Below, piece by piece: positions 11,881 to 24,934 of a stretch of DNA of 48,347 nucleotides. Position 1 is the first letter of the stretch. The number at the start of each line of letters is the position of its first letter. This stretch comes from Macrostomum lignano (Eukaryota): positions 1-48,347 of the forward strand of contig NIVC01002730.1 in the NCBI GenBank assembly GCA_002269645.1, given 5' to 3'. The position numbers and the translations under genes are program-made. The notes below the pieces were generated by a model, which saw only the letters and a program-made list of their open reading frames with translations, did not search any database and was not told the origin of the DNA.

Positions 11881-12517
11881 GAGTAGCGGTCGTTTTTTTA
11901 AATCAGACAAAAAATACTTCAAAACAAAAGTGGAATTTTTGTTTGAATGCTTCTTTGTATTGTTAGAATTTAAATTTCTAAAGTTTCGGCTTTCTGTACG
12001 CACATTTCAAAGCGCCAGCTAACAAGAGTGCCGGGGCAAGAGCTGCTGAAGCTGTTGGATGGGGAAGGCCGTGCAAAATTCGGCGGCAGTGCATGTGGGT
12101 TCTGTGCGGCATGTGCGGTCTCTGGTCAGCTACGCCGAAATTCGAATATCTACTCAACTTAAGACAGCTTGAGAAAATATTGTTTAATTGCAGCAATTCA
12201 AACAGACATTTTTATTAAGCGAGGCCTAAATAAAAAACATGTCGAACTCCATACTATGACATTGTTTGTAACTTTAGTTTTAAGAAGATTAGATGGATTC
12301 GACTGAAAATAACAAACAAAATTACGCGGGGCACACGAAAAATTGATAAACGAATGAGATTGTTTATTAGTAGCTAAGTATGCATAGCATTTTAATAACT
12401 AAGTGTCAGTCTAAACACAATAGTGGTCAGGCCAATCTTTTTCGCGTTCCAACTTTTCAACTCGATTTTGTTAGCCGGCAGCTCGTTGGGTTGAGAAATT
12501 GCTTTTAGTGCGTTGGG

Positions 12518-14646
12518 GCAGAGAGACAGGAAGGGGTTGAGGGAGACAGGAAGGGGTTGAGGGAGACATGAAGGATTTGAGAGAGACGGGAAGGAATTGG
12601 GAGAGACAGAAAGGGGTGAGAGAGACAGGAAGGGGTTGGGAGAGACAGGAAGGGGTTGGGAGAGACAGGAAGGGGTGAGAGAGACAGGAAGGGGTTGGGA
12701 GAGACAGGAAGGGGTGAGAGAGACAGGAAGGGGTTGGGAGAGACAGTAAGGGGTGAGAGAGACAGGAAGGGGTTGGGAGAGACAGGAAGGGGTTGGGAGA
12801 GACAGGAAGGGGTTGGGAGAGACAGGAAGGGGTGAGAGAGACAGGAAGGGGTTGGGAGAGACAGGAAGGGGTGAGAGAGACAGGAAGGGGTTGGGAGAGA
12901 CAGGAAGGGGTGAGAGAGACAGGAAGGGGTTGGGAGAGACAGGAAGGGGTTGAGGAAGACAGGAAAGGGTTGAGGAAGACAGGAAGGGGTTGGGAGAGAC
13001 AGGAAGGGGTGAGAGAGACAGGAAGGGGTTGGGAGAGACAGGAAGGGGTTTGGAGAGACAGGAAGGGGTTTGGAGAGACAGAAAGGGGTTTGGAGAGACA
13101 GGAAGGGGTTTGGAGAGACAGGAAGGGGTTGAGGGAGACAGGAAGGATTTGGAAGAGACAGGAAGGGATTGAGAGAGACAGGAAGGGGTTAGGAGAGACA
13201 GGAAGGGGTTAGGAGAGACAGGAAGGGGTTGAGGGAGACAGGAAGGATTTGGGAGAGACAGGAAGGGATTGAGGGAGACAGGAAGGATTTGAGAGAGACA
13301 GGAAGGGATTGAGGGAGACAGGAAGGATTTGGGAGAGACAGGAAGGGTTTGAGGGAGACAGGAAGGATTTGAGAGAGACGGGAAGGATTTGGGAGAGACA
13401 GGAAGGGATTGGGAGAGACAGGAAGGGGTTGGGAGAGACAGGAAGGGATTGAGAGAGACAGGAAGGGGTTGAGGGAGACAGGAAGGGGTTAGGAGAGACA
13501 GGAAGGGGTTGAGGGAGACAGGAAGGATTTGGGAGAGACAGGAAGGGATTGAGAGAGACAGGAAGGGGTTGGGAGAGACAGGAAGGATTTGGGAGAGACG
13601 GGAAGGATTTGGGAGAGACAGGAAGGGGTTAGGAGAGACAGGAAGGGGTTGAGGGAGACAGGAAGGATTTGAGAGAGACGGGAAGGATTTGGGAGAGACA
13701 GGAAGGGATTGAGAGAGACAGGAAGGGATTGGGAGAGACAGGAAGGGGTTGGGAGAGACAGGAAGGGGTTTGGAGAGACAGGAAGGGGTTTGGAGAGACA
13801 GAAAGGGGTTTGGAGAGACAGGAAGGGGTTTGGAGAGACAGGAAGGGGTTGAGGGAGACAGGAAGGATTTGGAAGAGACAGGAAGGGATTGAGAGAGACA
13901 GGAAGGGGTTAGGAGAGACAGGAAGGGGTTAGGAGAGACAGGAAGGGGTTGAGGACAGAAGACAGGAAGGATTTGGGAGAGACAGGAAGGGATTGAGGGA
14001 GACAGGAAGGATTTGAGAGAGACAGGAAGGGGTTGAGGGAGACAGGAAGGATTTGGGAGAGACAGGAAGGGTTTGAGGGAGACAGGAAGGATTTGAGAGA
14101 GACGGGAAGGATTTGGGAGAGACAGGAAGGGATTGGGAGAGACAGGAAGGGGTTGGGAGAGACAGGAAGGGATTGAGAGAGACAGGAAGGGGTTGAGGGA
14201 GACAGGAAGGGGTTAGGAGAGACAGGAAGGGGTTGAGGGAGACAGGAAGGATTTGGGAGAGACAGGAAGGGATTGAGAGAGACAGGAAGGGGTTGGGAGA
14301 GACAGGAAGGATTTGGGAGAGACGGGAAGGATTTGGGAGAGACAGGAAGGGGTTAGGAGAGACAGGAAGGGGTTGAGGGAGACAGGAAGGATTTGAGAGA
14401 GACGGGAAGGATTTGGGAGAGACAGGAAGGGATTGAGAGAGACAGGAAGGGATTGGGAGAGACAGGAAGGGGTTGGGAGAGACGGAATGATCTGAGAGAG
14501 ACAAGAATGGGTTGGAGAGACAGGAAGGGATTGGGAGAGACAGGAAGGGGTTGGAGAGACAGGAAGGATTTGAGAGAGACGGGAAGGATTTGAGAGAGAC
14601 AGGAAGGGGTTGGGAGACAGGAAGGGGTTGGGAGAGACAGGAAGGC
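12518..14646 (+). repeat. Minisatellite, 20-bp GGAGAGACAGGAAGGGGTT family, 2.1 kb
   Basis: about 105 units; same family as 4545-5175 and 5520-5990. Confidence 0.95.
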
Positions 14647-14725
14647 GCTGCAGTCTGGAAAGGCAGCCAGGCTGATAGCAGATGCAGAGCTAGGGGGGGG
14701 GGGCAGGTGCGGAGCCCCAGCCAAC

Positions 14726-15886
14726 TCAGGCGCGCAGATCGGGCACGGCCTCCATGCTGCCGAACAGACTGGTGAGCTGCTGCTGGTAGTTGTCGATGGA
14801 GCGGCGCATGATGTCCAGGCAGGGGCCGAGCAACCGCTCGAACGAGCCGACGTCCAGCACGGCTACTTTGCACTTGCCGCCGCAGGCGTAGACATTGGCG
14901 GCTCGGGGCTGCTTGGTCAGCAGGGCCAGCTCGCCGAAGTAGCCGCCCTTCTGCAGTCTGGACAGCTCCATCTCACCGCTGCCGTCCTGGGTTTTCCGCG
15001 TGATTCGCACCTCGCCATCCTCGATAAAGTACATCTCGTTGCCAACGTCGCCCTGGACGATGATGCAGTCGCCGTCTTCGTACACGCGGGACTTCAACGC
15101 ATCGGCGATGTTCATCCGTTCGTAGGGCGCCAGCTCCTTGAGCAGCGGCACGGAGTCGATGAGGTTCTCGTACATCACTCGCTTCTGGAAGGCCTTCTTC
15201 AGCACCAGACGTCGGAAAGTGTCGCGGTCCATCGCCCAGATGCTGCCGGAGGAGGCGCATTGGATGGTGGCAGCCCGCGGAGCGTTGTACATCAGGGCGA
15301 GCTCGCCAAAGGAGCCTTTGTTATCGTACTGGCCGACCTTGGTGTCCTGGCCGTTGATCAGGACGTAGATGTCGTAGACTCCCGACTCGATCACGTAGAA
15401 ATTGTCGCCGTCCTCGCCCTGCGTGATGACCTTCTCGCCCGGCTGGCAGCGCCGCTCGAACATGGCGTTGATGACGTCACGCATCTGGTCCTCGTCCAGG
15501 CAGCGGAACAGCAGGATGTGCTTGACGGCCTCGTTCAGGCGCTGCCGCTGCTCCTCGGTCTTGGGGTGGTTCACTACCGGAGTGTCGTCGTCGTCCTCTT
15601 TCTCCGGGTCGAAGCTCTCGCCGGCGACGGCAACTCGGCGAGGTCCGCGACGCGGCGGCGGCGCCTGCATAGGCTCGTCGTCGATGTCTGAGTCGGCTTC
15701 GGCAGCTTCGGCGGCGGCCTCGGCCCCCTCCTGACTCTGCGAGATTTTTTCCATGCGCAGCCTGGTGAAATACTCGATGGCGAATTCCACGACATCCTCA
15801 GGCGTCTCCTTGAGCACAGCCACAGTGAAGTCCTGCAGCAGGTCTTTGAAGCCGGGCGGAATTTGCACCACTTTCTTGCCACTCAT
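14726..15886 (-). CDS. PRKAR2: cAMP-dependent protein kinase type II regulatory subunit (386 aa, single coding exon)
   Basis: ATG at 15886; RII-type D/D domain [17 protein letters not shown]...FAIEYF, inhibitory segment RRVAVAGE, two cAMP phosphate-binding cassettes [18 protein letters not shown] and [18 protein letters not shown]. Confidence 0.96.
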   Translation of the reverse strand: MSGKKVVQIPPGFKDLLQDFTVAVLKETPEDVVEFAIEYFTRLRMEKISQSQEGAEAAAEAAEADSDIDDEPMQAPPPRRGPRRVAVAGESFDPEKEDDDDTPVVNHPKTEEQRQRLNEAVKHILLFRCLDEDQMRDVINAMFERRCQPGEKVITQGEDGDNFYVIESGVYDIYVLINGQDTKVGQYDNKGSFGELALMYNAPRAATIQCASSGSIWAMDRDTFRRLVLKKAFQKRVMYENLIDSVPLLKELAPYERMNIADALKSRVYEDGDCIIVQGDVGNEMYFIEDGEVRITRKTQDGSGEMELSRLQKGGYFGELALLTKQPRAANVYACGGKCKVAVLDVGSFERLLGPCLDIMRRSIDNYQQQLTSLFGSMEAVPDLRA

Positions 15887-17237
15887 GTTGCGGCTGTGAC
15901 TGAGGCTTGAAGAATGATAAAAACGATCTGTCCTAACCGAGATTCGCTGCTTCGGCCCCGGCTGAAAATCCGATACAATTGCTACGCTAGAACCAAGCAA
16001 GGCCTTCAGGCAAAACTAACGGCCACCTTTTCCACTTCAAGCCTTTTTGCCTTTCTATCCAACCGATAAACTCTGGGCCTCCCGCCTTTAGTCCTGGCCC
16101 GCCAGCCCGCCTTCCTCCTCGTGTCACTGGGGCGGGGGGGGGGCTGGCCAGTCGGAAGACCAGAGAGGGGTAGAGAGAGGAGAGAGCGGAGACGAGGGTG
16201 GAAATAGCGAGAGAGGAGGGAACCAAAGCCCAGATCGACATTGCAAGCCCCCTCCACCGTCTGAAGTACAGGGAAGGGGGCAGCAGCCGCAGTTTGGTAT
16301 GCCTGACTGCCTGCCTGCCCCGCCCAAGCCCTGTGCACGCTAGGATTTCACCAAAGATATGCGCGCCGATGTGAATGGGATTAGCCGCAACCCCAACCCC
16401 TGGTGCGGGCGGTGTGAGAGCTGCAGTCCGGGCAAGTGTGACAGGAGAGGGAGAGGGGAGCTGGGTAGAGAATCTGGTAAGGAGCACTAGGGAGGGGAAT
16501 TTTTCACCTCACTCTCCCTCTCCCCATTCATCTCGAACACCCGTCTCTTGTCGGATCCTGCGAAGGCGCGCAGGAAGATGGAAAAGTTTCTGTCAGAAGT
16601 TCCCCTGGATATCCTATACTAAGGCCAGCCCGGCATATTCATTATCGCGGGCTGTTCGGTCTACTTTGGCCCGAAACCGAAGGCTAAGGCAAGCCGCCAT
16701 CACGCAGCCTCCTAGCCGAATTCCTTCCTCGTATTTTCATCTAGCCGTTCCCGTTCGGCTTTACAGAGCAGCCCCCCCCCCCCCCGAGGGACATTGGAGG
16801 AACTGAGGGGCGGCGGCGGAACTCCGCTGCTACATTTCATCTCGCCGATCCCGGAGCCGCCTTGAGGACTTCTTTGGGCGGAAAGTAATTAGGCCTCTCT
16901 CGCCTTCCCTTTTTTCATGCGTCTGTCTCTTAAACAGAGCAGCGAGGCCTGTCGCGTGGGGTAATTTATTTAGACACCCATCCAATAGGCACGGTAGCTA
17001 TTGATAGGATACAGTAATTCCCTTTTATATGCGATGTGGCAGCTAATTTGCTATGCATGATGACGCTGACCTGGTTGCTAGCCATGCGTGTGCAACATAA
17101 GACATCTGTGTGTGTGTGTGCAGCTGTATCGCTGCGTGCTGCCGAACTTTATCGAACTCTCTTTTTTAGGCTGTTTAAACGTTTTTTCTGGATACCAGTT
17201 ATTTTGTTGGTGCAGTCCGTTTTGTAATGCTGTCAAG

Positions 17238-17745
17238 GCCTATTTTGGCGCTATACCGGTACTTAAGGTCCATTTTGGCGCTATACTAAAGGTCCATTTT
17301 GGTGCTATACTTAAGATCCATTTTGGTGCTATACTTAACGTCCATTTTGGCGCTATGTCTGAGGCTCATTGTAGCACCATCCTTGGGTCCATTTTAGCGT
17401 TATGTTTAAGATTCATTGTGGCGCCATCCTTGGGTCTTTTTTAACGCCATTATTGGGTCGATTTTAGCGCCATCCTTGGATCGATTTTGGCGCCATCCTT
17501 GGGTCGATTTTGGCGCCATCCTTAGTTTCATTTTGGCGCCATATTTAGGTCTATTTTGGCGCCATCCTTGGGTCGATTTTGGCGCCATCCTTAGTTTCAT
17601 TTTGGCGCCATATTTAGGTCTATTTTGGCGCCATCCTTGGGTCGATTTTAGCGCCATCCTTAGTTTCATTTTGGCGCTATCTTTGGGTCTATTTTAGCGC
17701 CGTCCTTGGGTCTATTTTGGCGCCATCCTTCGGTCCATTTTGGCA
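17238..17745. repeat. Minisatellite, 22-24 bp units around TTTTGGCGCCATCCTT
   Basis: degenerate tandem units. Confidence 0.85.
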
Positions 17746-18249
17746 CTACTGAGATACAGTTCAACCATTTGTTTGGTTCCCTCTTATCGCAATCGTAGGT
17801 GCCATTATCACATTAAAATCTCATTCCCCAATGTGTGGGCGTCTGCTACAAGCCCAGCCAGTTTAGGACTCCAGGAGTGCACACAATGCCGTTAGCAACT
17901 GACTCGTAAATTGCCTTGCCAAGCTATTTTTATCGCGTGGGAAATCGAATTTGCGGAAATATAGCAGCACTGAGAGCTACAATGCGCCCTTTCTCAGAGG
18001 CAACTTCAAAAACGCGACGGAACTGCTAATGCATTTTTGAGCTGGACATTGCGGACGGAACTGCAAGAGCGGATACTGAGGAACTAAGCGGAAGGAATAA
18101 GGCAGCGGAGGAGGGCGGGGGTTTATTGAATTTCTCCTGGCCTCAAGATAGATTTCCCTGTCCAAGCAGTAGGCGGTTCTGTTGGAAAGAAGTCAAAATG
18201 CCCTGCTCACACTGGGCGGCGTACTGGAGTGTGACGGGGATAGAGGTTG

Positions 18250-19676
18250 ATATGGAGGAGGCTGCTGTCTCTATCCTGCCCTTCCTGACTATGAGATTGA
18301 CATGGAGGAGGCTGCTGTCTCTATACTGCCGTGCCTGACTGGCTATGAGATTGACATGGAGGAGGCTGCTGTCTCTATACTGCCCTTCCTGACTATGAGA
18401 TTAACATGGAGGAGGCTGCTGTCTCTATACTGCCCTTCCTGACTATGAGATTGACATGGAGGAGGCTGCTGTCTCTATACTGCCTGACTGGCTATGAGAT
18501 TGACATGGAGGAGGCTGCTGTCTCTATACTGCCTGACTGGCTATGAGATTGACATGGAGGAGGCTGCTGTCTCTATACTGCCTGACTGGCTATGAGATTG
18601 ACATGGAGGAGGCTGCTGTCTCTATACTGCCTGACTGGCTATGAGATTGACATGGAGGAGGCTGCTGTCTCTATACTGCCCTTCCTGACTATGAGATTGA
18701 CATGGAGGAGGCTGCTGTCTCTATACTGCCTGACTGGCTATGAGATTGACATGGAGGAGGCTGCTGTCTCTATACTGCCTGACTGGCTATGAGATTGACA
18801 TGGAGGAGGCTGCTGTCTCTATACTGCCTGACTGGCTATGAGATTGACATGGAGGAGGCTGCTGTCTCTATACTGCCTGACTGGCTATGAGATTGACATG
18901 GAGGAGGCTGCTGTCTCTATACTGCCCTTCCTGACTATGAGATTGACATGGAGGAGGCTGCTGTCTCTATACTGCCCTTCCTGACTATGAGATTGACATG
19001 GAGGAGGCTGCTGTCTCTATACTGCCTGACTGGCTATGAGATTGACATGGAGGAGGCTGCTGTCTCTATACTGCCCTTCCTGACTATGAGATTGACATGG
19101 AGGAGGCTGCTGTCTCTATACTGCCTGACTGGCTATGAGATTGACATGGAGGAGGCTGCTGTCTCTATACTGCCCTTCCTGACTATGAGATTGACATGGA
19201 GGAGGCTGCTGTCTCTATACTGCCTGACTGGCTATGAGATTGACATGGAGGAGGCTGCTGTCTCTATACTGCCTGACTGGCTATGAGATTGACATGGAGG
19301 AGGCTGCTGTCTCTATACTGCCTGACTGGCTATGAGATTGACATGGAGGAGGCTGCTGTCTCTATACTGCCTGACTGGCTATGAGATTGACATGGAGGAG
19401 GCTGCTGTCTCTATACTGCCTGACTGGCTATGAGATTGACATGGAGGAGGCTGCTGTCTCTATACTGCCTGACTGGCTATGAGATTGACATGGAGGAGGC
19501 TGCTGTCTCTATACTGCCTGACTGGCTATGAGATTGACATGGAGGAGGCTGCTGTCTCTATCATGCCTGACTGGCTATGAGATTGACATGGAGGAGGCTG
19601 CTGTCTCTATACTGCCTGACTGGCTATGAGATTGACATGGAGGAGGCTGCTGTCTCTATCATGCCTGACTGGCTGA
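18250..19676. repeat. Minisatellite with two interleaved variants of 49 and 50 bp (...ATGAGATTGACATGGAGGAGGCTGCTGTCTCTATACTGCC...)
   Basis: about 29 near-identical units. Confidence 0.95.
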
Positions 19677-20248
19677 GATAGACACAGAGAGTGAAGATAA
19701 ACACTGGAGATAGACACGGAGGGTGGATATAGACACTGGCGATAGACACTGGAGATAGACACTGGAGATAGACACGGAGGGTGGAGATAAACACGGAGAG
19801 TGGAGACAGACACTGGGGATAAACACGGAGGTTGGAAACAGACACTGGGGATAAACACGGAGGGTGGAGACAGACACTGGGGATAAACACGGAGGGTGGA
19901 GATAAACACGGAGAGTGGAGACAGAACTGGCGATAAACACGGAGGGTGGAGACAGACACTGGGATTAACACGGAGGGGTTGAGATAGACACAGGGGATAA
20001 ACACGGAGAGTGAAGATAGACACAGAGAGTGGAGATAGAACTGGCGATAAACACGGAGAGTGGAGACAGACACTGGAGACAGACACTGGGGATAAACACA
20101 GAGAGTGGAGATAGACACAGAGTGGAGATAGACACTGGAGATAAACACGGAGGGTGGAGATAGAAACTGGGGATAAACACGGAGAGTGGAGACAGACACT
20201 GGAGACAGACACTGGGGATAGACACGGAGGGTGGAGACAGACACTGGA
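19677..20248. repeat. Minisatellite ACACGGAGGGTGGAGACAGACACTGGGGATAA-type
   Basis: degenerate 16/32-bp periodicity abutting the previous array. Confidence 0.9.
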
Positions 20249-21097
20249 CATAGCTATAGGTGACAGACATTAGCGGTGGTAAGAGAACACAAAGTGAAAC
20301 TGTCGCAGGAAAATAACCAGAACTACTCAACTCGCAAGAGTGTATAAAAAGCTCACATAAACTTAGCCAACTGCTTATTCCTGACTGGCAGATGTCTCTG
20401 TGCATTATTGCATCGCTGTTAAGCCCCGCATCACAGCGCCGGTCCCTTCTATCCATTGTGTCAAAAATTCAGCCCAACATATTCGAGTGCTGAGTAAATT
20501 AATTCCCTACAAAGTATTGCACACTCAGCAACAGAACCTGCATGCTTATTGTAAGTTACCCTCCAGTTGGACATTGAAAACTCGGACCCCTCCCCCAAGT
20601 GTTTGCCTTTGTAGGAGGGACACGACGTTTAGCGAGCACGCGCCAGTGGCCTCGGCCCGACATGTATCAGCTTGCAGTGGATTGGATAGCGCGCACTTTA
20701 TCGGGCAATCCAACTTCATAGAAATGGGGCAATATAAACACGAGCGTTTCACACAGAGCTGACTGGCTTCTGCAAATATTGAAAGACAACTCTGTAGGAA
20801 ACATATGGTTGAACTTAAACTGGAAACAGAATCATGATGGTACTACTGAAAATTCGAATTAAGTAGCATAATTAGATACTAGCAATTTGCTATTCTACTA
20901 TATATTTATAGTAGAACTTAGAACTTCTAAGTTAGAAGTTCTTAGATAGAAGATAGAACTTAAGATAGAACTTCTTAGCTTCGATTTCGATGGCGCTGAA
21001 AATCCCCGTAATTCTATCAGGCTAAATGAGGAGTCCACGTAGACACTTCAAGACCCACTCTATCGCGATCAAAGCGACCTCCAGCTCCGGTCACATT

Positions 21098-24000
21098 GGG
21101 AATAGCTCATGATGGAAGCAGCTCATGATGGGAATAGCTCATGATGGGAATAGCTCATGATGGAAGCAGCTCATGATGGAAGCAGCTCATGATGGGAATG
21201 GCTCATGATGGGAATAGCTCATGATGGGAATAGCTCATGATGGGAATAGCTCATGATGGGAATAGCTCATGATGGGAATAGTTCATGATGGGAATAGCTC
21301 ATGATGGGAGCAGTTCATGATGGGAAGAGCTCATGATGGGAATAGTTCATGATGGGAATAGCTCATGATGGGAATAGTTCATGATGGGAATAGCTCATGA
21401 TGGGAATAGTTCATGATGGGAAGAGCTCATGATGGAAATAGTTCATGATGGGAAGAGCTCATGATGGGAAGAGCTCATGATGGGAATAGTTCATGATGGG
21501 AATAGCTCATGATGGGAAAAGTTCATGATGGGAATAGCTCATGATGGGAATAGCTCATGATGGGAATAGCTCATGATGGGAATAGCTCATGATGGGAATA
21601 GTTCATGATGGGAATAGCTCATGATGGGAATAGCTCATGATGGGAATGGCTCATGATGGGAATAGCTCATGATGGGAATAGCTCATGATGGGAATAGCTC
21701 ATGATGGGAATGGCTCATGATGGGAATGGCTCATGATGGGAATAGCTCATGATGGGAATAGCTCATGATGGGAAAAGTTCATGATGGGAATAGCTCATGA
21801 TGGGAATGGCTCATGATGGGAATAGCTCATGATGGGAATAGCTCATGATGGGAATAGCTCATGATGGGAATGGCTCATGATGGGAATGGCTCATGATGGG
21901 AATAGCTCATGATGGGAATAGCTCATGATGGGAATAGCTCATGATGGGAATAGTTCATGATGGGAATAGCTCATGATGGGAATAGTTCATGATGGGAAGA
22001 GCTCATGATGGAAATAGCTCATGATGGGAATAGCTCATGATGGGAATAGTTCATGATGGGAATAGCTCATGATGGGAGCAGTTCATGATGGGAAGAGCTC
22101 ATGATGGGAATAGTTCATGATGGGAATAGCTCATGATGGGAATAGTTCATGATGGGAATAGCTCATGATGGGAATAGTTCATGATGGGAAGAGCTCATGA
22201 TGGAAATAGTTCATGATGGGAAGAGCTCATGATGGGAAGAGCTCATGATGGGAATAGTTCATGATGGGAATAGCTCATGATGGGAAAAGTTCATGATGGG
22301 AATAGCTCATGATGGGAATAGCTCATGATGGGAATAGCTCATGATGGGAATAGTTCATGATGGGAATGGCTCATGATGGGAATAGCTCATGATGGGAATA
22401 GCTCATGATGGGAATGGCTCATGATGGGAATAGCTCATGATGGGAATAGCTCATGATGGGAATAGCTCATGATGGGAATAGCTCATGATGGGAATGGCTC
22501 ATGATGGGAATGGCTCATGATGGGAATAGCTCATGATGGGAATAGCTCATGATGGGAAAAGTTCATGATGGGAATAGCTCATGATGGGAATAGCTCATGA
22601 TGGGAATGGCTCATGATGGGAATAGCTCATGATGGGAATAGCTCATGATGGGAATGGCTCATGATGGGAATAGCTCATGATGGAAGCAGCTCATGGTGGG
22701 AATAGCTCATGATGGGAATGGCTAATGATGGGAATAGCTCATGATGGAAGCAGCTCATGATGGAAGCAGCTCATGATGGGAATAGCTCATGATGGGAATA
22801 GCTCATGATGGGAATGGCTCATGATGGGAATAGCTCATGATGGGAATAGCTCATGATGGGAATGGCTCATGATGGGAATAGCTCATGATGGGAATAGCTC
22901 ATGATGGGAATGGCTCATGATGGGAATGGCTCATGATGGGAATAGCTCATGATGGAAGCAGCTCATGATGGGAATAGCTCATGATGGGAATAGCTCATGA
23001 TGGGAATGGCTCATGATGGGAATAGCTCATGATGGGAATAGCTCATGATGGGAATGGCTCATGATGGGAATGGCTCATGATGGGAATAGCTCATGATGGA
23101 AGCAGCTCATGATGGGAATAGCTCATGATGGGAATGGCTCATGATGGGAATAGCTCATGATGGAAGCAGCTCATGATGGAAGCAGCTCATGATGGGAATA
23201 GCTCATGATGGGAATAGCTCATGATGGGAAAAGTTCATGATGGGAATAGCTCATGATGGGAATGGCTCATGATGGGAATAGCTCATGATGGGAATAGCTC
23301 ATGATGGGAATAGCTCATGATGGGAATGGCTCATGATGGGAATGGCTCATGATGGGAATAGCTCATGATGGGAATAGCTCATGATGGGAATAGCTCATGA
23401 TGGGAATAGTTCATGATGGGAATAGCTCATGATGGGAATAGTTCATGATGGGAAGAGCTCATGATGGAAATAGCTCATGATGGGAATAGCTCATGATGGG
23501 AATAGTTCATGATGGGAATAGCTCATGATGGGAGCAGTTCATGATGGGAAGAGCTCATGATGGGAATAGTTCATGATGGGAATAGCTCATGATGGGAATA
23601 GTTCATGATGGGAATAGCTCATGATGGGAATAGTTCATGATGGGAAGAGCTCATGATGGAAATAGTTCATGATGGGAAGAGCTCATGATGGGAAGAGCTC
23701 ATGATGGGAATAGTTCATGATGGGAATAGCTCATGATGGGAAAAGTTCATGATGGGAATAGCTCATGATGGGAATAGCTCATGATGGGAATAGTTCATGA
23801 TGGGAATGGCTCATGATGGGAATAGCTCATGATGGGAATAGCTCATGATGGGAATGGCTCATGATGGGAATAGCTCATGATGGGAATAGCTCATGATGGG
23901 AATAGCTCATGATGGGAATAGCTCATGATGGGAATGGCTCATGATGGGAATGGCTCATGATGGGAATAGCTCATGATGGGAATAGCTCATGATGGGAAAA

Positions 24001-24934
24001 GTTCATGATGGGAATAGCTCATGATGGGAATAGCTCATGATGGGAATGGCTCATGATGGGAATAGCTCATGATGGGAATAGCTCATGATGGGAATGGCTC
24101 ATGATGGGAATGGCTCATGATGGGAATAGCTCATGATGGAAGCAGCTCATGATGGGAATAGCTCATGATGGGAATAGCTCATGATGGAAGCAGCTCATGA
24201 TGGAAGCAGCTCATGATGGGAATAGCTCATGATGGGAATGGCTCATGATGGGAATAGCTCATGATGGGAATAGCTCATGATGGGAATGGCTCATGATGGG
24301 AATAGCTCATGATGGGAATAGCTCATGATGGGAATGGCTCATGATGGGAATGGCTCATGATGGGAATAGCTCATGATGGAAGCAGCTCATGATGGGAATA
24401 GCTCATGATGGGAATAGCTCATGATAGGAATGGCTCATGATGGGAATAGCTCATGATGGGAATAGCTCATGATGGGAATGGCTCATGATGGGAATGGCTC
24501 ATGATGGGAATAGCTCATGATGGAAGCAGCTCATGATGGGAATAGCTCATGATGGGAATGGCTCATGATGGGAATAGCTCATGATGGAAGCAGCTCATGA
24601 TGGAAGCAGCTCATGATGGGAATAGCTCATGATGGGAATAGCTCATGATGGGAATAGCTCATGATGGGAATAGCTCATGATGGGAATAGCTCATGATGGG
24701 AATGGCTCATGATGGGAATAGCTCATGATGGGAATAGCTCATGATGGGAAAAGCTCATGATGGGAATAGCTCATGATGGGAATAGCTCATGATGGGAATA
24801 GCTCATGATGGGAATAGCTCATGATGGGAATAGCTCATGATGGGAATAGCTCATGATGGGAATGGCTCATGATGGGAATAGCTCATGATGGGAATAGCTC
24901 ATGATGGGAAAAGCTCATGATGGGAAAAGCTCAT
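21098..24934. repeat. Satellite-like array, 16-bp unit GGGAATAGCTCATGAT, about 240 copies
   Basis: 3.8 kb of unbroken 16-bp periodicity. Confidence 0.98.

Noticed and set aside
8276-12003. Long ORFs of 290-576 aa (SLSLPL, ERKGER, EEGEE types)
   Set aside because: Translations of GA/CT tandem repeats that lack stop codons by composition; no domain content
15887-16000. 38-aa N-terminal extension of PKA-R in the ORF track
   Set aside because: Starts at TTG, crosses a splice-acceptor-like tract; ATG at 15886 matches the usual RII start
20260-21097. Candidate downstream exons or SH3 domain of the RUN gene
   Set aside because: No frame with SH3 motifs or convincing codon bias on either strand
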